Of a DNA stretch of 64,000 nucleotides, positions 49,519 to 60,222 are shown in pieces. The notes beneath the pieces were generated by a model, which was not told the DNA's origin, ran no database searches, and saw nothing but the letters and a program-made list of their open reading frames with translations. Each line of letters opens with the position of its first letter. Position 1 is the stretch's first letter. Source of the stretch: an uncultured delta proteobacterium. Its GTDB lineage: Bacteria; Desulfobacterota; Syntrophia; Syntrophales; UBA2185. Where the stretch lies: NCBI GenBank assembly GCA_963729715.1, contig CAVSPA010000003.1, positions 32,001-96,000 on the forward strand. The letters run 5' to 3'. Position numbers and translations under genes: made by a program.

Positions 49519-49598
49519 CATTCGCTTTTTATTTATAACAGCTCTGACATTGCTTCATAATAAAGAAAGAGCTATTTGTCAAGAGCAAATAGAAAGTT

Positions 49599-50459
49599 TC
49601 AATACTCTCTCAGAAAGCTCGCTATCTCATCGATTCCAGCAATAGCTGTGGGTGCCAGTCTGTATAGCGCTTCACTCGTGTAATAGATACGTCCTTTCTT
49701 GACGGCATCAAGCATGCCAAGCCTTCTTAACAGGCTCTTTGAACTTTCCTTGGTCATTATACCTTTCCCCATAAAAATGATATCGGGGGAACGGCGGATA
49801 AGCTCCTCAATAGAATATTTGGGGTATCGTGAACCTGCATCGGAGGCTATATTCTGCAATCCCAGGAGCTTGAAGGCATCGTCAATGACAGTTTTGGGTC
49901 CTGCAACAACCAGGGGTTCTGGTTGAATTATGAAAATCGCCTTTTTGTTAAAATAGCGAGGTGGGGATTTCTGGATATTCCTCTCGTACTTGCGAATCTG
50001 CCTCTCGATCTTTTCCGCCCTTTTGAAAGCCTGATCTCTTATACCAAGAACGACCCCTAAATCACGTATGCCCTGTGGCAGTTCCACAAGACGTTTTGCT
50101 CTAAATACGTACGTGTTAATACTGAGCTTCTTCAATCTACTCCTGATTTCCATAGGATTACCCTCATCGGCCATAATGACCAGATCGGGCGCAGCAGCAA
50201 TAATGGCCTCCAGAGATGGATTCGAAAAGGCGCCGATTTTCGGTTTTTCTTTAGCCCGTGGGGGATAATCACAATAAATGGTAACCGCTACGATCCGGTC
50301 TTCGAAGCCAAGGTCATAGAGGATCTCTGTAATAGAGGGTGCCAGAGAGACGATCCTTCCCGGTGGGGCAGAAAAGGCAGTACCGGAAAGATAAACAGTT
50401 AAAAACATGATGAGAAAACAAGCCTTCATCATGACGAGAAGTTTGTGTGAAGTTTCCAT
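49599..50459 (-). CDS. btuF: Cobalamin-binding periplasmic protein
   Basis: RIVSLAPSITEILY.LG, YCDYP, PSLEAI, SIEELI..SPDII; start uncertain. Confidence 0.85.
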   Translation of the reverse strand: METSHKLLVMMKACFLIMFLTVYLSGTAFSAPPGRIVSLAPSITEILYDLGFEDRIVAVTIYCDYPPRAKEKPKIGAFSNPSLEAIIAAAPDLVIMADEGNPMEIRSRLKKLSINTYVFRAKRLVELPQGIRDLGVVLGIRDQAFKRAEKIERQIRKYERNIQKSPPRYFNKKAIFIIQPEPLVVAGPKTVIDDAFKLLGLQNIASDAGSRYPKYSIEELIRRSPDIIFMGKGIMTKESSKSLLRRLGMLDAVKKGRIYYTSEALYRLAPTAIAGIDEIASFLREY

Positions 50460-50592
50460 GGCATACTTTCCTCTGCCTATCCGAACCAGCCTATCCAAAA
50501 TACACATATTGAGAGCTTTAAAATAGATTGAAAGTTTTGCAGAAGGGATTTGACCTGCCCCCAGAACATTTACAACATCCGGAGTTAGAGTT

Positions 50593-51480
50593 CTACTTTC
50601 TCTCGCCGATCCCGGCAAGCGCAGCCCTGTAGAACTCAAAACCCTTCAGGTGACGTCCTGAAGCTCCCATGTAATGCGCCCTGTACTCAGTTGAGCCTAA
50701 GTCCGCGAGGAGCGTAAATCCGCGCTTGGTCAAATAACTGGAAAGCTCCTCGGGGTGGAGGCCGAATGTCCATTCCTCGCCGGATTTTCGGAGAGTGGCG
50801 GGCACGCGTCCCATCTCCCCGAAATTTATAGAACCGTCAAGCAGGCCGCCGTGAATATAAGTAAACAGGAGCTTGCTTCCGGGTGCTGACAGTGACTTTA
50901 TTGATTTCAAGGTAATGTCTACGGCCTCCTTTGAAAGGTAGTGCATCACCCCTTCCCAGAGAAAAAATGCTGGTTTTACGCGGTCGAAGCCGGAGTTTTC
51001 CAGTGTTGTCGCGAAGTCCTGCCGGTTAAAATCCACTTCCAGCATGGTTATATTGTCCGGGATTGAATTTATAAGATGCATCAGGCGCTTGATCTTAACG
51101 GTTCGAGTGCCTGGATGATCCAGTTCGAATACACGGGTTAGCCCGATCCCGGGTAGCCTGTAGGCCCGGCAGTCATACCCGGCCCCCAGGATAACTACCT
51201 GGGTAACACCCTCTTTGAGCGCATCGCAAAGCTGCTCGTCTATCCAGCAGGTACGGCCGAGGTGTGCCGTTCTGACTCCCGGCCATTTCACGTCTATATA
51301 AAAAGGCACGAGCCAGCCTATCAAAGGCACCCGCGACAAAAGGTAGGCGTACTTCAAGCGGCCCAAAAATCCGGCGGCGAGATGGTCCTCAAAGAGGCGT
51401 TTGCCGGGTTTGCGGGACGACTCGGTGGCACGGAATAGTGCGTTGAACTCGGCGGTTCGGCTGGCTGATTTAATATTCAT
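50593..51480 (-). CDS. SAM-dependent methyltransferase (leucine carboxyl methyltransferase-like)
   Basis: SRTA, RT.WID, QVVILGAGYDCRAYRL, FELDHP, WEGVMHYL. Confidence 0.9.
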   Translation of the reverse strand: MNIKSASRTAEFNALFRATESSRKPGKRLFEDHLAAGFLGRLKYAYLLSRVPLIGWLVPFYIDVKWPGVRTAHLGRTCWIDEQLCDALKEGVTQVVILGAGYDCRAYRLPGIGLTRVFELDHPGTRTVKIKRLMHLINSIPDNITMLEVDFNRQDFATTLENSGFDRVKPAFFLWEGVMHYLSKEAVDITLKSIKSLSAPGSKLLFTYIHGGLLDGSINFGEMGRVPATLRKSGEEWTFGLHPEELSSYLTKRGFTLLADLGSTEYRAHYMGASGRHLKGFEFYRAALAGIGERK

Positions 51481-51508
51481 TGTACTGTTTCGGTCCGGTT
51501 GAGCGTGC

Positions 51509-52048
51509 TCAATGCTTGTGCATTTTTTCCATTGCTGATGCGGACACGGCCATCCGGAATTCCGTCTTCTTCCCATTCACCATGACTGCGATGGAATAGG
51601 TCCCATTGGGCATCACCACATTATTGCCGTAATGCGTGGATTGCGGCCCCTGACCGATGGCCTGCATGACAACAACAGGAACATCCACAACTGCGCCTTT
51701 CGGCTTTCCTTTGTCGTCGAGCAATTGGAAATTCATACTGACCGTTGCGTTGGTTATGGCTTTGCCTGTCTTCGCGTCGAATACGTGCACGACAAGATGA
51801 TGGTTGGGATGCGAAGCCGCATCAATCGCGATGGGCTTGGCACCTCCCATGACCAACATCCCTTCTTTCACATGACTGACGGCAACTTCATCTGCTGTAA
51901 AGAACGGCTCAGCCGGCAGCACGTGCAACTCTACCCGAAGGCCATCCATGGTCGCTGTCTTCATCATGTCTCCGGCCCTGACAGAAACCGCGCATAGGAT
52001 CATAATGATGAGTGCTGCAGCTAATAAAAGATTTGAGCGTTTTTTCAT
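51509..52048 (-). CDS. Periplasmic metal-binding protein, P19/Tp34/FetP-like
   Basis: Signal peptide; Met/His-rich; HHLVVHV and HYGNNV motifs. Confidence 0.55.
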   Translation of the reverse strand: MKKRSNLLLAAALIIMILCAVSVRAGDMMKTATMDGLRVELHVLPAEPFFTADEVAVSHVKEGMLVMGGAKPIAIDAASHPNHHLVVHVFDAKTGKAITNATVSMNFQLLDDKGKPKGAVVDVPVVVMQAIGQGPQSTHYGNNVVMPNGTYSIAVMVNGKKTEFRMAVSASAMEKMHKH

Positions 52049-52227
52049 GTGTTACCTCCCTTTCACATTTGACCTTCTCCACGAAAAATAATCAAATCAT
52101 AAATTCAGCCTTGTAAGCATTTGAGGGTTGTCAATTTCCACATCAAACATGAAACTCTGCCTATTATATCATGCGTGCCTAGTTCAAGAAGCCAACGGCA
52201 TTTTGCATAAACAGAAAATACCCTGAA

Positions 52228-52965
52228 TTACAATATCCTTGTTACAGCAAAACGGTTATCCCTATCTGACAGATTAAGGGCCTGTGCGGAATCCAGGCGT
52301 GAACTGGCTACCAGATTGAGATGTCGCCGGCTGACCTCCTCCGATAAGGCCATCTGTCGCTGTAAGGGCTGCGGATAAGGCTGGCCGGGCACAGGGATAT
52401 ATCCCATGATGTGAAACGGGATGTTCCGGTCAATTGCTGCCAACCAGGCAGCGATTGCCTCAACCTGATCGACATCCACAAGACCCGGTATAAACACCAC
52501 GTTAATCTTTATGTCCATTCCCGCTCCATATGCGGCGGCAACATTTTGGAAGATGGTTTCTCTTTCCCGCCCTGTGAGTGCGAGGTGAAGATCATTGTCC
52601 CAGGCTTTTAACCCCACATTCGCCCCGTCAAGATAAGGCAGAGGAAGGCTGCTGCCGTTGGTGTGGCCAAGCTTGGTTCCGACTCCGAGTTCCTCCTTTG
52701 CGAAGCGGAGCATTTCGGGCAGGTCCTTCGCCACTGTGGGTTCTCCACCCATGAAATAAAGGTTTTTGATAGGCAGTTGGCGAAGAGCTTCCTTGATATC
52801 CGCCGTTTTCAAATACCCGTCAGGTTCGGGGTAGGCTAGACCGGGCCTTCCCGTAGGACCACTGCGGAGCCTGTAACTGCATGTCGGGCAACGGAAGGTG
52901 CACCCGTAGTTGTGGACAGTCGCGAAATTATGATGCTCATTGTAGGTGACTTTGTAAAATGCCAT
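52228..52965 (-). CDS. Radical SAM protein (activating-enzyme-like)
   Basis: GCTFRCPTC, FMGGEPT, HTNG, IPFHI. Confidence 0.88.
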   Translation of the reverse strand: MAFYKVTYNEHHNFATVHNYGCTFRCPTCSYRLRSGPTGRPGLAYPEPDGYLKTADIKEALRQLPIKNLYFMGGEPTVAKDLPEMLRFAKEELGVGTKLGHTNGSSLPLPYLDGANVGLKAWDNDLHLALTGRERETIFQNVAAAYGAGMDIKINVVFIPGLVDVDQVEAIAAWLAAIDRNIPFHIMGYIPVPGQPYPQPLQRQMALSEEVSRRHLNLVASSRLDSAQALNLSDRDNRFAVTRIL

Positions 52966-53040
52966 TATTCATTCCCTTCTATAGTCCTATAAAAAGGTCC
53001 TATGCTGTTTCATGTTTTATCATCCCTCAATCGACATAAT

Positions 53041-53661
53041 TCAAATTCCGCCATAGCGGGAGGCACTGATGATTGGTCTGCTCAGATACAAGCCGAGGGA
53101 GGCGCCTATCATTGATCCTCCTATCCCTTGCGCCGTCTGGATGGCAATATACCAAGGTGCGTAAAATTGATGCCAGATAAAAGGGGCAGAAAAACAGTAA
53201 AAATAAAGGTAAACAGTAAGCCCCCGGAGAAACCCCGCGCCGAGAGCATTTCTTATGGTTTCCAGGTAGCTTTTAGTGACAAGAAAATACAATTCCAGGA
53301 CGAAACCAGCCAGAAGGGCGTAAGGCCACCACAAGGGATTTACGCCGCTGGAGATTGTTTGGGAGAGGAGACTGTGACCGCAGATTATGAGAGTGGCCGT
53401 CCCTGCCCGTGGAATGAGGCGGATGCCGATGAATAGCATGGCCGTGTAAGGGATGGAAAAAAAGAACGATTGAATTATGGGTATCCGGCTTAGTCCGAAC
53501 TTAAATGGTAAAATGGCTATATAGAGAAGGCTGCAGAAAAGGGCTACGGTTACCAATTCCTGTATGCTGAAGGACGGGATTGCTTTGCGTGTCCGAAGGA
53601 GATGAAATACTATTCCCCCCAAGATGGCAATGAAGATGACAGAGCCTATATAAGGGTTCAT
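53041..53661 (-). CDS. Putative ECF transporter S component (MptD-like)
   Basis: About 200 aa, 6-7 TM, FSIQELVTVALF; follows ecfA and ecfT. Confidence 0.65.
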   Translation of the reverse strand: MNPYIGSVIFIAILGGIVFHLLRTRKAIPSFSIQELVTVALFCSLLYIAILPFKFGLSRIPIIQSFFFSIPYTAMLFIGIRLIPRAGTATLIICGHSLLSQTISSGVNPLWWPYALLAGFVLELYFLVTKSYLETIRNALGAGFLRGLTVYLYFYCFSAPFIWHQFYAPWYIAIQTAQGIGGSMIGASLGLYLSRPIISASRYGGI

Positions 53662-54449
53662 GATAAATGCCCCTGGTACAGAATGAGAATAATCATGCCC
53701 ACTGCAGAGAAGCCTAAGACAGCCCAGTCCCGCAGGGAGAATCTCAGTTCTCTTATCTTGGTCCTCTTTCCTGTGAAGGCCCTTACCTCTGCAGCAAGGG
53801 CGATGCGACGGGCGTTCCTCAGGCTGTCTATGATGAGGGGCGGCAGGAGGTAGCGGAAGGCCCTGAACCCGCCCCGTACTCCCTTTACGTCAAGTCCCCG
53901 CAGCTTCTGGGCGAGGAGAATTCTTCCCGCCTCATCCATCAGGGTAGGGAGGAAACGGATGCTGACCGTGACGACAAACCCGATCCGTTCAGGAACGCCG
54001 AGACCCTCCATGCCGAGGAGGAGATCGGAGGGGTAGGTGGACATGACGATAGCTGCGCTCAGGAGCATTGCGGAAAACAGCCGGAGACTCTGCAGCACTC
54101 CGTAAATAATACCTTCCTGGTACAGGGCAATCCCTCCAGTGATGCTTCCCAGCATACCTGAATCCGGTGTAAGGATCGTCAGAATCGTGGTCCGGGGTTC
54201 GAGGGCATAAAAAAATCCCTGTGAAATCATTGTAAAACAGAGGGCCGTGGCCATGAGCATGATCATTGTCCGGACGGTTCGTCGAGCTGGACGAAGGTAT
54301 CCGAAGGCTGCTGCAACAGTTAAAAAAAGAAGCGACAACCCCGTCGGTGTCTTCAGGACAACAACAAGAATCGCTCCCATGAATCCCAAGATGATCTTGG
54401 ACCTCGGATCCAGGCGGTGTAGGAAAGTTTCTTTATCCAGATACTTCAT
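53658..54449 (-). CDS. ECF transporter T component
   Basis: LHRLDPRSK, IRFLPTL, AQKLRG, AEVRAF. Confidence 0.88.
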   Translation of the reverse strand: MKYLDKETFLHRLDPRSKIILGFMGAILVVVLKTPTGLSLLFLTVAAAFGYLRPARRTVRTMIMLMATALCFTMISQGFFYALEPRTTILTILTPDSGMLGSITGGIALYQEGIIYGVLQSLRLFSAMLLSAAIVMSTYPSDLLLGMEGLGVPERIGFVVTVSIRFLPTLMDEAGRILLAQKLRGLDVKGVRGGFRAFRYLLPPLIIDSLRNARRIALAAEVRAFTGKRTKIRELRFSLRDWAVLGFSAVGMIILILYQGHLS

Positions 54450-55797
54450 CGCTGATAATCCTGCCATTGTCGAGAGTGATCCGACGCCCAGCTGCGGATG
54501 CGGCATGTTCGTTATGGGTTGAAAAGATAACAGTCCCCCTCCTGTTGGCATAGTCGTAGAGGAGGGAAAACAGTTCATGCCAGCTTCTGCCGTCCAGACC
54601 TGTTGTCGGTTCGTCAAGGATGAGTATTTCCGGCTCCATAGCCATAACGGACACGACAGCTAAGATCTGCCGCTGTCCCCGTGAGAGAGTCTGAGGATGG
54701 CAGCGTGAGTGGGCTTTAAGACCTGCTATGCCTAGATAACGCTCTACTTCTGGTTTCTTTCCGAGGTGGGAAGGCCCGAAGGCAACCTCTTCTGCCACCG
54801 TCTGTGCAAAGAGCTGTTCGTCGGGATTCTGAAAAAGAAAACCCACGCGGCTCACCAGAGATTCCAGTGTGGGTCCGGGAACGCCCAGAATCGCGATTCC
54901 CCCCTGGAGGGGCCGGAGGAGCCCTCCAAGGATCTTCAAAAGCGTTGTCTTTCCAGAACCGTTATCTCCCTTCAGCGCCACGACTTCCCCTCGTTGAATA
55001 GTCATATCTATATTATCTAAAATATTTTTCTCCCGGTCGTAGCCGAAGCTGATTTCTTTCAGGGATATCACCGTTCCTGCAGGTGCCGCCGTTGTTTTTC
55101 TTGCGGTCATGGGGCTGCTCATTGCCGTGCTGTTATTTACGATCCTTCCGTTTTCCAGGGTTATAATCCGGTCCATGAGGGGAAGATAATCTTCGTACTG
55201 GTGCTCTACCAGGACAATGGTCTTTCCCTTGTCTTTGAGATTCCTGATGATCTTTATGAACTCCTGCCTTCCCGCCCCATCCAAGTCCGTTGTGGGTTCA
55301 TCAAAAAGGAAAACCTGGGGACCCATGGCATAGACAGAGCTAATGGCCAGGCGCTGTTTCTGCCCTCCGGAAAGCTTGAAGGTCTCGCGACGCCGCAAAT
55401 CCCATAAATCCATGGATCGGAGAGCTTCGTCCCGGCGGCAGATGATCTCTTCCCGCGGCAGGAGCAGGTTTTCACAACCGAAGGCGACATCGTCCTCCAC
55501 GCGCATCATAAAGACCTGACTCTCAGGGTTCTGAAAAACTGTTCCTACCGTCCGAGCGATCTCCCGGAGGGGTACCTCCGACGGCAGAAAACCGTTCAAC
55601 CGGACCGATCCAATGGAGGCTCCGGCAAAAACGTGAGGAATGAGACCATTGAGACAGTATAGAAAGGTCGACTTGCCCGATCCCGAAGCACCGCGGACTA
55701 ACACCGCTTCGCCCGATTCAATCCGCAGACTGATATCCTGCAAAGCGGGAGTATCCATGCCGGGATAGGTAAAGCTGAAGGAGTCAATGGCAATCAT
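54433..55797 (-). CDS. ECF transporter fused double ATPase
   Basis: Two Walker A motifs (GASGSGKS, GDNGSGKT), two FQNP, LSGGQKQR and LSRGQRQ. Confidence 0.92.
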   Translation of the reverse strand: MIAIDSFSFTYPGMDTPALQDISLRIESGEAVLVRGASGSGKSTFLYCLNGLIPHVFAGASIGSVRLNGFLPSEVPLREIARTVGTVFQNPESQVFMMRVEDDVAFGCENLLLPREEIICRRDEALRSMDLWDLRRRETFKLSGGQKQRLAISSVYAMGPQVFLFDEPTTDLDGAGRQEFIKIIRNLKDKGKTIVLVEHQYEDYLPLMDRIITLENGRIVNNSTAMSSPMTARKTTAAPAGTVISLKEISFGYDREKNILDNIDMTIQRGEVVALKGDNGSGKTTLLKILGGLLRPLQGGIAILGVPGPTLESLVSRVGFLFQNPDEQLFAQTVAEEVAFGPSHLGKKPEVERYLGIAGLKAHSRCHPQTLSRGQRQILAVVSVMAMEPEILILDEPTTGLDGRSWHELFSLLYDYANRRGTVIFSTHNEHAASAAGRRITLDNGRIISDEVSG

Positions 55798-55855
55798 ATC
55801 GAGTAAATCTCGCTGGCATGACTAAAGTCTTGTGTACCAGATTTAGTTAATCCAA

Positions 55856-58078
55856 TTAAATTTTCACTTCCAGCCCGCCAAACCACGATCTGCCCGGCGC
55901 CTTGTAATAGTTAAAGTAAGAGTTGTCAAAGATATTATCAACGGAAAATGACAATGTGGCAAATTTGGTCACCTTATATGAAACCTTCGTATCTGCTGTA
56001 AAAGCAGGATCCATCGACGTGTAAACACCGTTTATCGTATCCCTGTTCTGGTCATCACCATAGCGTTTGCCGACATATCTGCCCGTGACAGATGCCATGA
56101 ACGGTCCTATTTCGCACTCCGCTCCCACATTAACCATCGTATCCGGCAGATAAGTCAATCTTTTGCCCACTGATAATGGCTCAGCGCTGTTTTCCGTTAT
56201 CCTGGCGTCCGTGTAGGTATAATTAGCAAACAGCCTTAACAATTTTTCAAACCGCTGCTCAAGCTCAAGCGTAATCCCTTTGCTTTCAGCCTTCCCTGCA
56301 TTTATCTGCTTCTGTAGCGTTGCAGAAACTGTCTCTAAATAAATAAGGTCTTTCAGATAGTTGTCAAAATATCTGGCAGTGAACTTCGCGCCCTCCCACA
56401 GCACCTGCACGACAGCCACATCCCATGAGGTGTCTGTTTCGGGTTTCAGGTCTGGATTGCTGGCAAACGTAATACCATAGTATTGCCAAGTCCCGTAAAG
56501 CTCATAAACTGTTGGCCCTCTGAATGCCTGTCCCGCGGATGCCTTTAATGTGGTTACTTCAAACGGTTTATAGACGACTGCTAACTTTGGACTGAAATAG
56601 TTGTCACTCCTGGAGTCATATGTCGTCGCAAAACCTCCGGTGCCGAACTGATTGGCATAACCATCGTATGTTTCCCACCAGTCCTCTCTGAAACCGATGT
56701 ATGCAGTGAGATTGGGGAGGATCAATATTTCGTCCTGGATAAAAGCGGCATATGCCCTGTCCTTCCCCCCCGAATTGTATGTGAGTGCGGTATTGGAGGT
56801 TTCATCCGTAAAGTTGGTCAGATTATATTGCGAGGTGTTAGCCGAATCTGTTTTGAATGATCCTCCAAAGGTAAGGACATGCCTGGTAAAAAGGGGTACT
56901 GTGAACTGAAGGTCGGCAGAATAATTCTGGGAAGGGGTGGATGAAACCTGGCCGGGGCCCCCGTTTAAAGTCGTAGCAGATGTATAGCCGGGGCTTACAT
57001 ACCATGATTTTACATAGTCATTAAGACCAAGCGTAAGCTTTGTTTTTACGTTTCCAATCTCGGTTTCATATTTGATATAATATTTATTAACTTCTTCCCC
57101 GCCTGACCCATCGACATAGCTGCTTTGATTCACGAAGCCATATGAATAAACGGGTTGGCCCGAGGCGTTACTTAAATAAGTATGAGGATCATCGTAATTA
57201 TACTTGAGGCGTGTTCTCATAAAAGATAAGCTTAACTTTGAGTCAGGTGTTAAATCTAATCTCGTTTTGATGCTCAGGCTGTCGTCCCACCATGTGTTGT
57301 CTCCTTTATCACCTATGAGGTAACTGGTCTTTCCCCCGGATGTGCCATTATCGGTAGTATATGAATAACCTGTAATTCCGGCAGGGGGTTGCGTCGACTG
57401 AACGTTAAGATCTTTTGGATAGCCATTTGTTGCCTTGTATCCATAACTCACAAGCAGGCTTATTTTGTTGTTGAGTTTATCGCCGTAAGACACATAATAC
57501 TTTTGAAAATCATCCAGGCTTTCTCCCCTGTGCCAGCTTGAGCCGTAACCGCTTATTACGGTGAATTCTCTCTTCTCCGGCATCTGCGTAATCATATTCA
57601 CGACACCGCCCATGGCGTACCCACCGTAAAGGCTTGACGAGGGGCCCTGAACAACCTCGACCCTTCCCACATTTTCTGTTGGCAACGCTGTAAAACTGAC
57701 CATTCCATCATAGGCATTATTAAGCGGCATCCCATCCATCATTATCAAAGTCCTGTTTTGTCCAGGAATTCCGTTCAATGTAATAGAGGGCAGAGCATCC
57801 ATGAGATTCTGTCGATTAACAAACACACCCGGCGTTGTATTTAAAGCATCGTCGATTGTCGTTATGTTCCTTGTCTCCATTTCCTTTTTCGTGACAACAT
57901 TCACGCTTCCCGGCGCCGATTGCAGCTCTTTTTCTGTCCTCGTTGCCGTGACTACAATATCCTCAAATTTCGTCGCATCTTTTTCTTTTTTCTCAGGTTC
58001 CGTCACATTGTTTTCTTCAGCAAAGGTGTTTGACGAAAATAAAATCAATAAGAGCACCAGTAAAAATCTTTTAAACAT
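55856..58078 (-). CDS. TonB-dependent outer membrane receptor
   Basis: DIVVTATRT, VEVVQGPSSSLYG..AMGGVVN, NPDLKPE; start MFKRF after GGAGG. Confidence 0.92.
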   Translation of the reverse strand: MFKRFLLVLLLILFSSNTFAEENNVTEPEKKEKDATKFEDIVVTATRTEKELQSAPGSVNVVTKKEMETRNITTIDDALNTTPGVFVNRQNLMDALPSITLNGIPGQNRTLIMMDGMPLNNAYDGMVSFTALPTENVGRVEVVQGPSSSLYGGYAMGGVVNMITQMPEKREFTVISGYGSSWHRGESLDDFQKYYVSYGDKLNNKISLLVSYGYKATNGYPKDLNVQSTQPPAGITGYSYTTDNGTSGGKTSYLIGDKGDNTWWDDSLSIKTRLDLTPDSKLSLSFMRTRLKYNYDDPHTYLSNASGQPVYSYGFVNQSSYVDGSGGEEVNKYYIKYETEIGNVKTKLTLGLNDYVKSWYVSPGYTSATTLNGGPGQVSSTPSQNYSADLQFTVPLFTRHVLTFGGSFKTDSANTSQYNLTNFTDETSNTALTYNSGGKDRAYAAFIQDEILILPNLTAYIGFREDWWETYDGYANQFGTGGFATTYDSRSDNYFSPKLAVVYKPFEVTTLKASAGQAFRGPTVYELYGTWQYYGITFASNPDLKPETDTSWDVAVVQVLWEGAKFTARYFDNYLKDLIYLETVSATLQKQINAGKAESKGITLELEQRFEKLLRLFANYTYTDARITENSAEPLSVGKRLTYLPDTMVNVGAECEIGPFMASVTGRYVGKRYGDDQNRDTINGVYTSMDPAFTADTKVSYKVTKFATLSFSVDNIFDNSYFNYYKAPGRSWFGGLEVKI

Positions 58079-58228
58079 TCGTTTTCCTCCCGTTACTTTA
58101 CATCCGGCCCCCTTTCTGATATAAGAGATATCAGAAGGGTGATGTTCTTTGAGTGTTATCCTTCCGAGGCGGGGAGTCCTAGCCAAAGGTAGCTCCCTGC
58201 CTCCCTTTTAATTCAATGATATCTTTAA

Positions 58229-58609
58229 TCATCCCTTTCTCTCGGTTTGTATTGCAACTTTTTTGAACCCCCGGCTGTTCACAATATCAAGTACATCTAC
58301 AAAAATCTGGAGAGCCACGTCTTTATCAGCCCGGACAATGAGGGGGGTGTTTTTATCAATATCCCTGATTTTCATGCCTAATTCTTCCAGGGCGACTTTC
58401 GTGGAGTTAAAATAGATCACACCACTTTGATCTATGGATATTATTTGCCTCTTGATGGCCTCCGTCTGTGTTTCTGATGCCTTCGGTAGAGACACGGAAA
58501 TCATCCCTGTGGCAATAAATGTCGATGTCATAAGAACGATGGTTAAAAGCACAAGCATCACATCAACCAGAGGGATGACGTTGATGTAATCAAATTCCTT
58601 TTCTTCCAT
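58229..58609 (-). CDS. exbD: ExbD
   Basis: [19 protein letters not shown]. Confidence 0.92.
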   Translation of the reverse strand: MEEKEFDYINVIPLVDVMLVLLTIVLMTSTFIATGMISVSLPKASETQTEAIKRQIISIDQSGVIYFNSTKVALEELGMKIRDIDKNTPLIVRADKDVALQIFVDVLDIVNSRGFKKVAIQTERKG

Positions 58610-59024
58610 TTGTTATCTCCCAACGCATCATGATAACTTTCACTTTTCTCAACAGGAGGTTGTAAAAAACCACGGAAGGTATGGCAACCACAAGGCCCAC
58701 CGCCGTTGCCTTTAATGCGAGGGCAAGACCAATCATTATCTTCCCCGTGTCAAGGAACCCCTCTTGGCCTATTTTGTAGAAAGTGAGCATAATGCCTAGG
58801 ACAGTGCCAAGCAGTCCGACATAAGGGGCATTGCTCCCTATGGTAGCTATGATATGGAGCTTCTTTGTAAGCTGAAGCTCCAGCTCTTTTCTATCCCGGA
58901 ACCGTTCTATCTTAATTTTTCTGTACGTAAGATGCCTTTCGACGGCGATTGAAACTGCAACGATACTCATAACAATAAGGAGTCCTATGACTCCATAATC
59001 AATTATTGCACCAAGATATTCCAT
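58590..59024 (-). CDS. exbB: ExbB (short form)
   Basis: [30 protein letters not shown]. Confidence 0.92.
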   Translation of the reverse strand: MEYLGAIIDYGVIGLLIVMSIVAVSIAVERHLTYRKIKIERFRDRKELELQLTKKLHIIATIGSNAPYVGLLGTVLGIMLTFYKIGQEGFLDTGKIMIGLALALKATAVGLVVAIPSVVFYNLLLRKVKVIMMRWEITNGRKGI

Positions 59025-59046
59025 TCTCGTTGTCCCTTAAAATTTC

Positions 59047-59691
59047 TTATTCTAAATTGAACCGAACAGAGAGGATTGCTTTGGAAGGCACTTTTTCCCC
59101 ATTGCTATAAGCTGGAGAAAAGGCGGATTTTTTTATTGCCGCAACAGCGGCTTCTGTGAAGCCAAATCCCGATGTTTCTATAACTTCAATGTCCTGTAAA
59201 GTACCGTTTTTGTCGATCAGCAGTTTAAGAACGACCCTTCCCTCTTTGCCCAATCTCCTTGCTAATAAAGGATAAACCGGCATCTCCCGATGGATAAACG
59301 CTGGGGCGCCTGAATTTCCGGATACCGTTTCCGCGACATCCCGATTTACCGCTTTTCCTATGCTTGTGATTTCCGTTTTCGCGATGGTCAGATTTTCTGC
59401 TCTTTGCACTGCGGCCGTAACCTGCTTTTCATTCAATAAAAACTCATCTTGCCGGTCTTTTATTTCCATGATCTCTGGCTCGTTGATGCTTTGTACATGT
59501 TCTGCCTTAGATCGCGTTATCGATTTCACTTCCCTTTGGCTGGTTGAAGATAAGGCTTCCTGTTGCGCGAAACTGATATAGATGGTTTTCATATAGGGAA
59601 TCGCATTCGCAACAGGTATCGTGAGAAATAAAATCAGAAACGCGGCATGAATCGCCAAAGAAGTGACTATCCCTATACGCTGCTCATTCAT
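59047..59691 (-). CDS. tonB: TonB family energy transducer
   Basis: SLAIH TM; YPLLARRLGKEG.V. Confidence 0.9.
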   Translation of the reverse strand: MNEQRIGIVTSLAIHAAFLILFLTIPVANAIPYMKTIYISFAQQEALSSTSQREVKSITRSKAEHVQSINEPEIMEIKDRQDEFLLNEKQVTAAVQRAENLTIAKTEITSIGKAVNRDVAETVSGNSGAPAFIHREMPVYPLLARRLGKEGRVVLKLLIDKNGTLQDIEVIETSGFGFTEAAVAAIKKSAFSPAYSNGEKVPSKAILSVRFNLE

Positions 59692-59741
59692 ACTGGTTCA
59701 GCCTTGCCTCTGTTTCGCTGGTGATATTTTTACCACTATTT

Positions 59742-59768
59742 GTGTTACTATATTAACAACCGTGCTAC
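59742..59768. promoter_or_regulatory. NikR operator upstream of tonB-exbBD-TBDR
   Basis: GTGTTAC-N13-GTGCTAC; half-sites and spacing match Geobacter NikR sites as I recall them. Confidence 0.75.
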
Positions 59769-59797
59769 CCACTGACAAAAAAATAATACCTATTTCT

Positions 59798-60211
59798 TTA
59801 TTTGATTTTACCGGTACCGGAGATGCTTAATGATCCGTGCATGACTCCCTTATGAGCTTTTAATGTGTCGGACAGTTTGTTGACCTTCTTGGAATTCCCT
59901 TTTACCGCCACGATCTCCAGGCAATTATGATGATCCAGATGGATATGTTGTGAGGACTGGATGATGTCCTGATAGTCGTGCTGGACGTCAATAATTGCAT
60001 TCAAAAGGTTGCGCTGATGATGGTCATAGATGAAAGTGATTGCCCCGGCAACTTCCCGGTCTTCTTCCAAATCTTTCTTGAGCAACTCCTGACGGATTAA
60101 ATCACGAATGGCCTCCGACCGGTTTGAATACTTACGCCGCTTGATCAGGTTATCAAAATTATCAAGCAATTCATTTTCTAATGAAATCCCAAATCTGACT
60201 ATATCAGACAT
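59798..60211 (-). CDS. nikR: Nickel-responsive regulator NikR
   Basis: RFGISL, YSNRSEAIRDLIR, YDHH, HIHLDHHNCLE. Confidence 0.97.
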   Translation of the reverse strand: MSDIVRFGISLENELLDNFDNLIKRRKYSNRSEAIRDLIRQELLKKDLEEDREVAGAITFIYDHHQRNLLNAIIDVQHDYQDIIQSSQHIHLDHHNCLEIVAVKGNSKKVNKLSDTLKAHKGVMHGSLSISGTGKIK

Positions 60212-60222
60212 GCCTTACCTCG

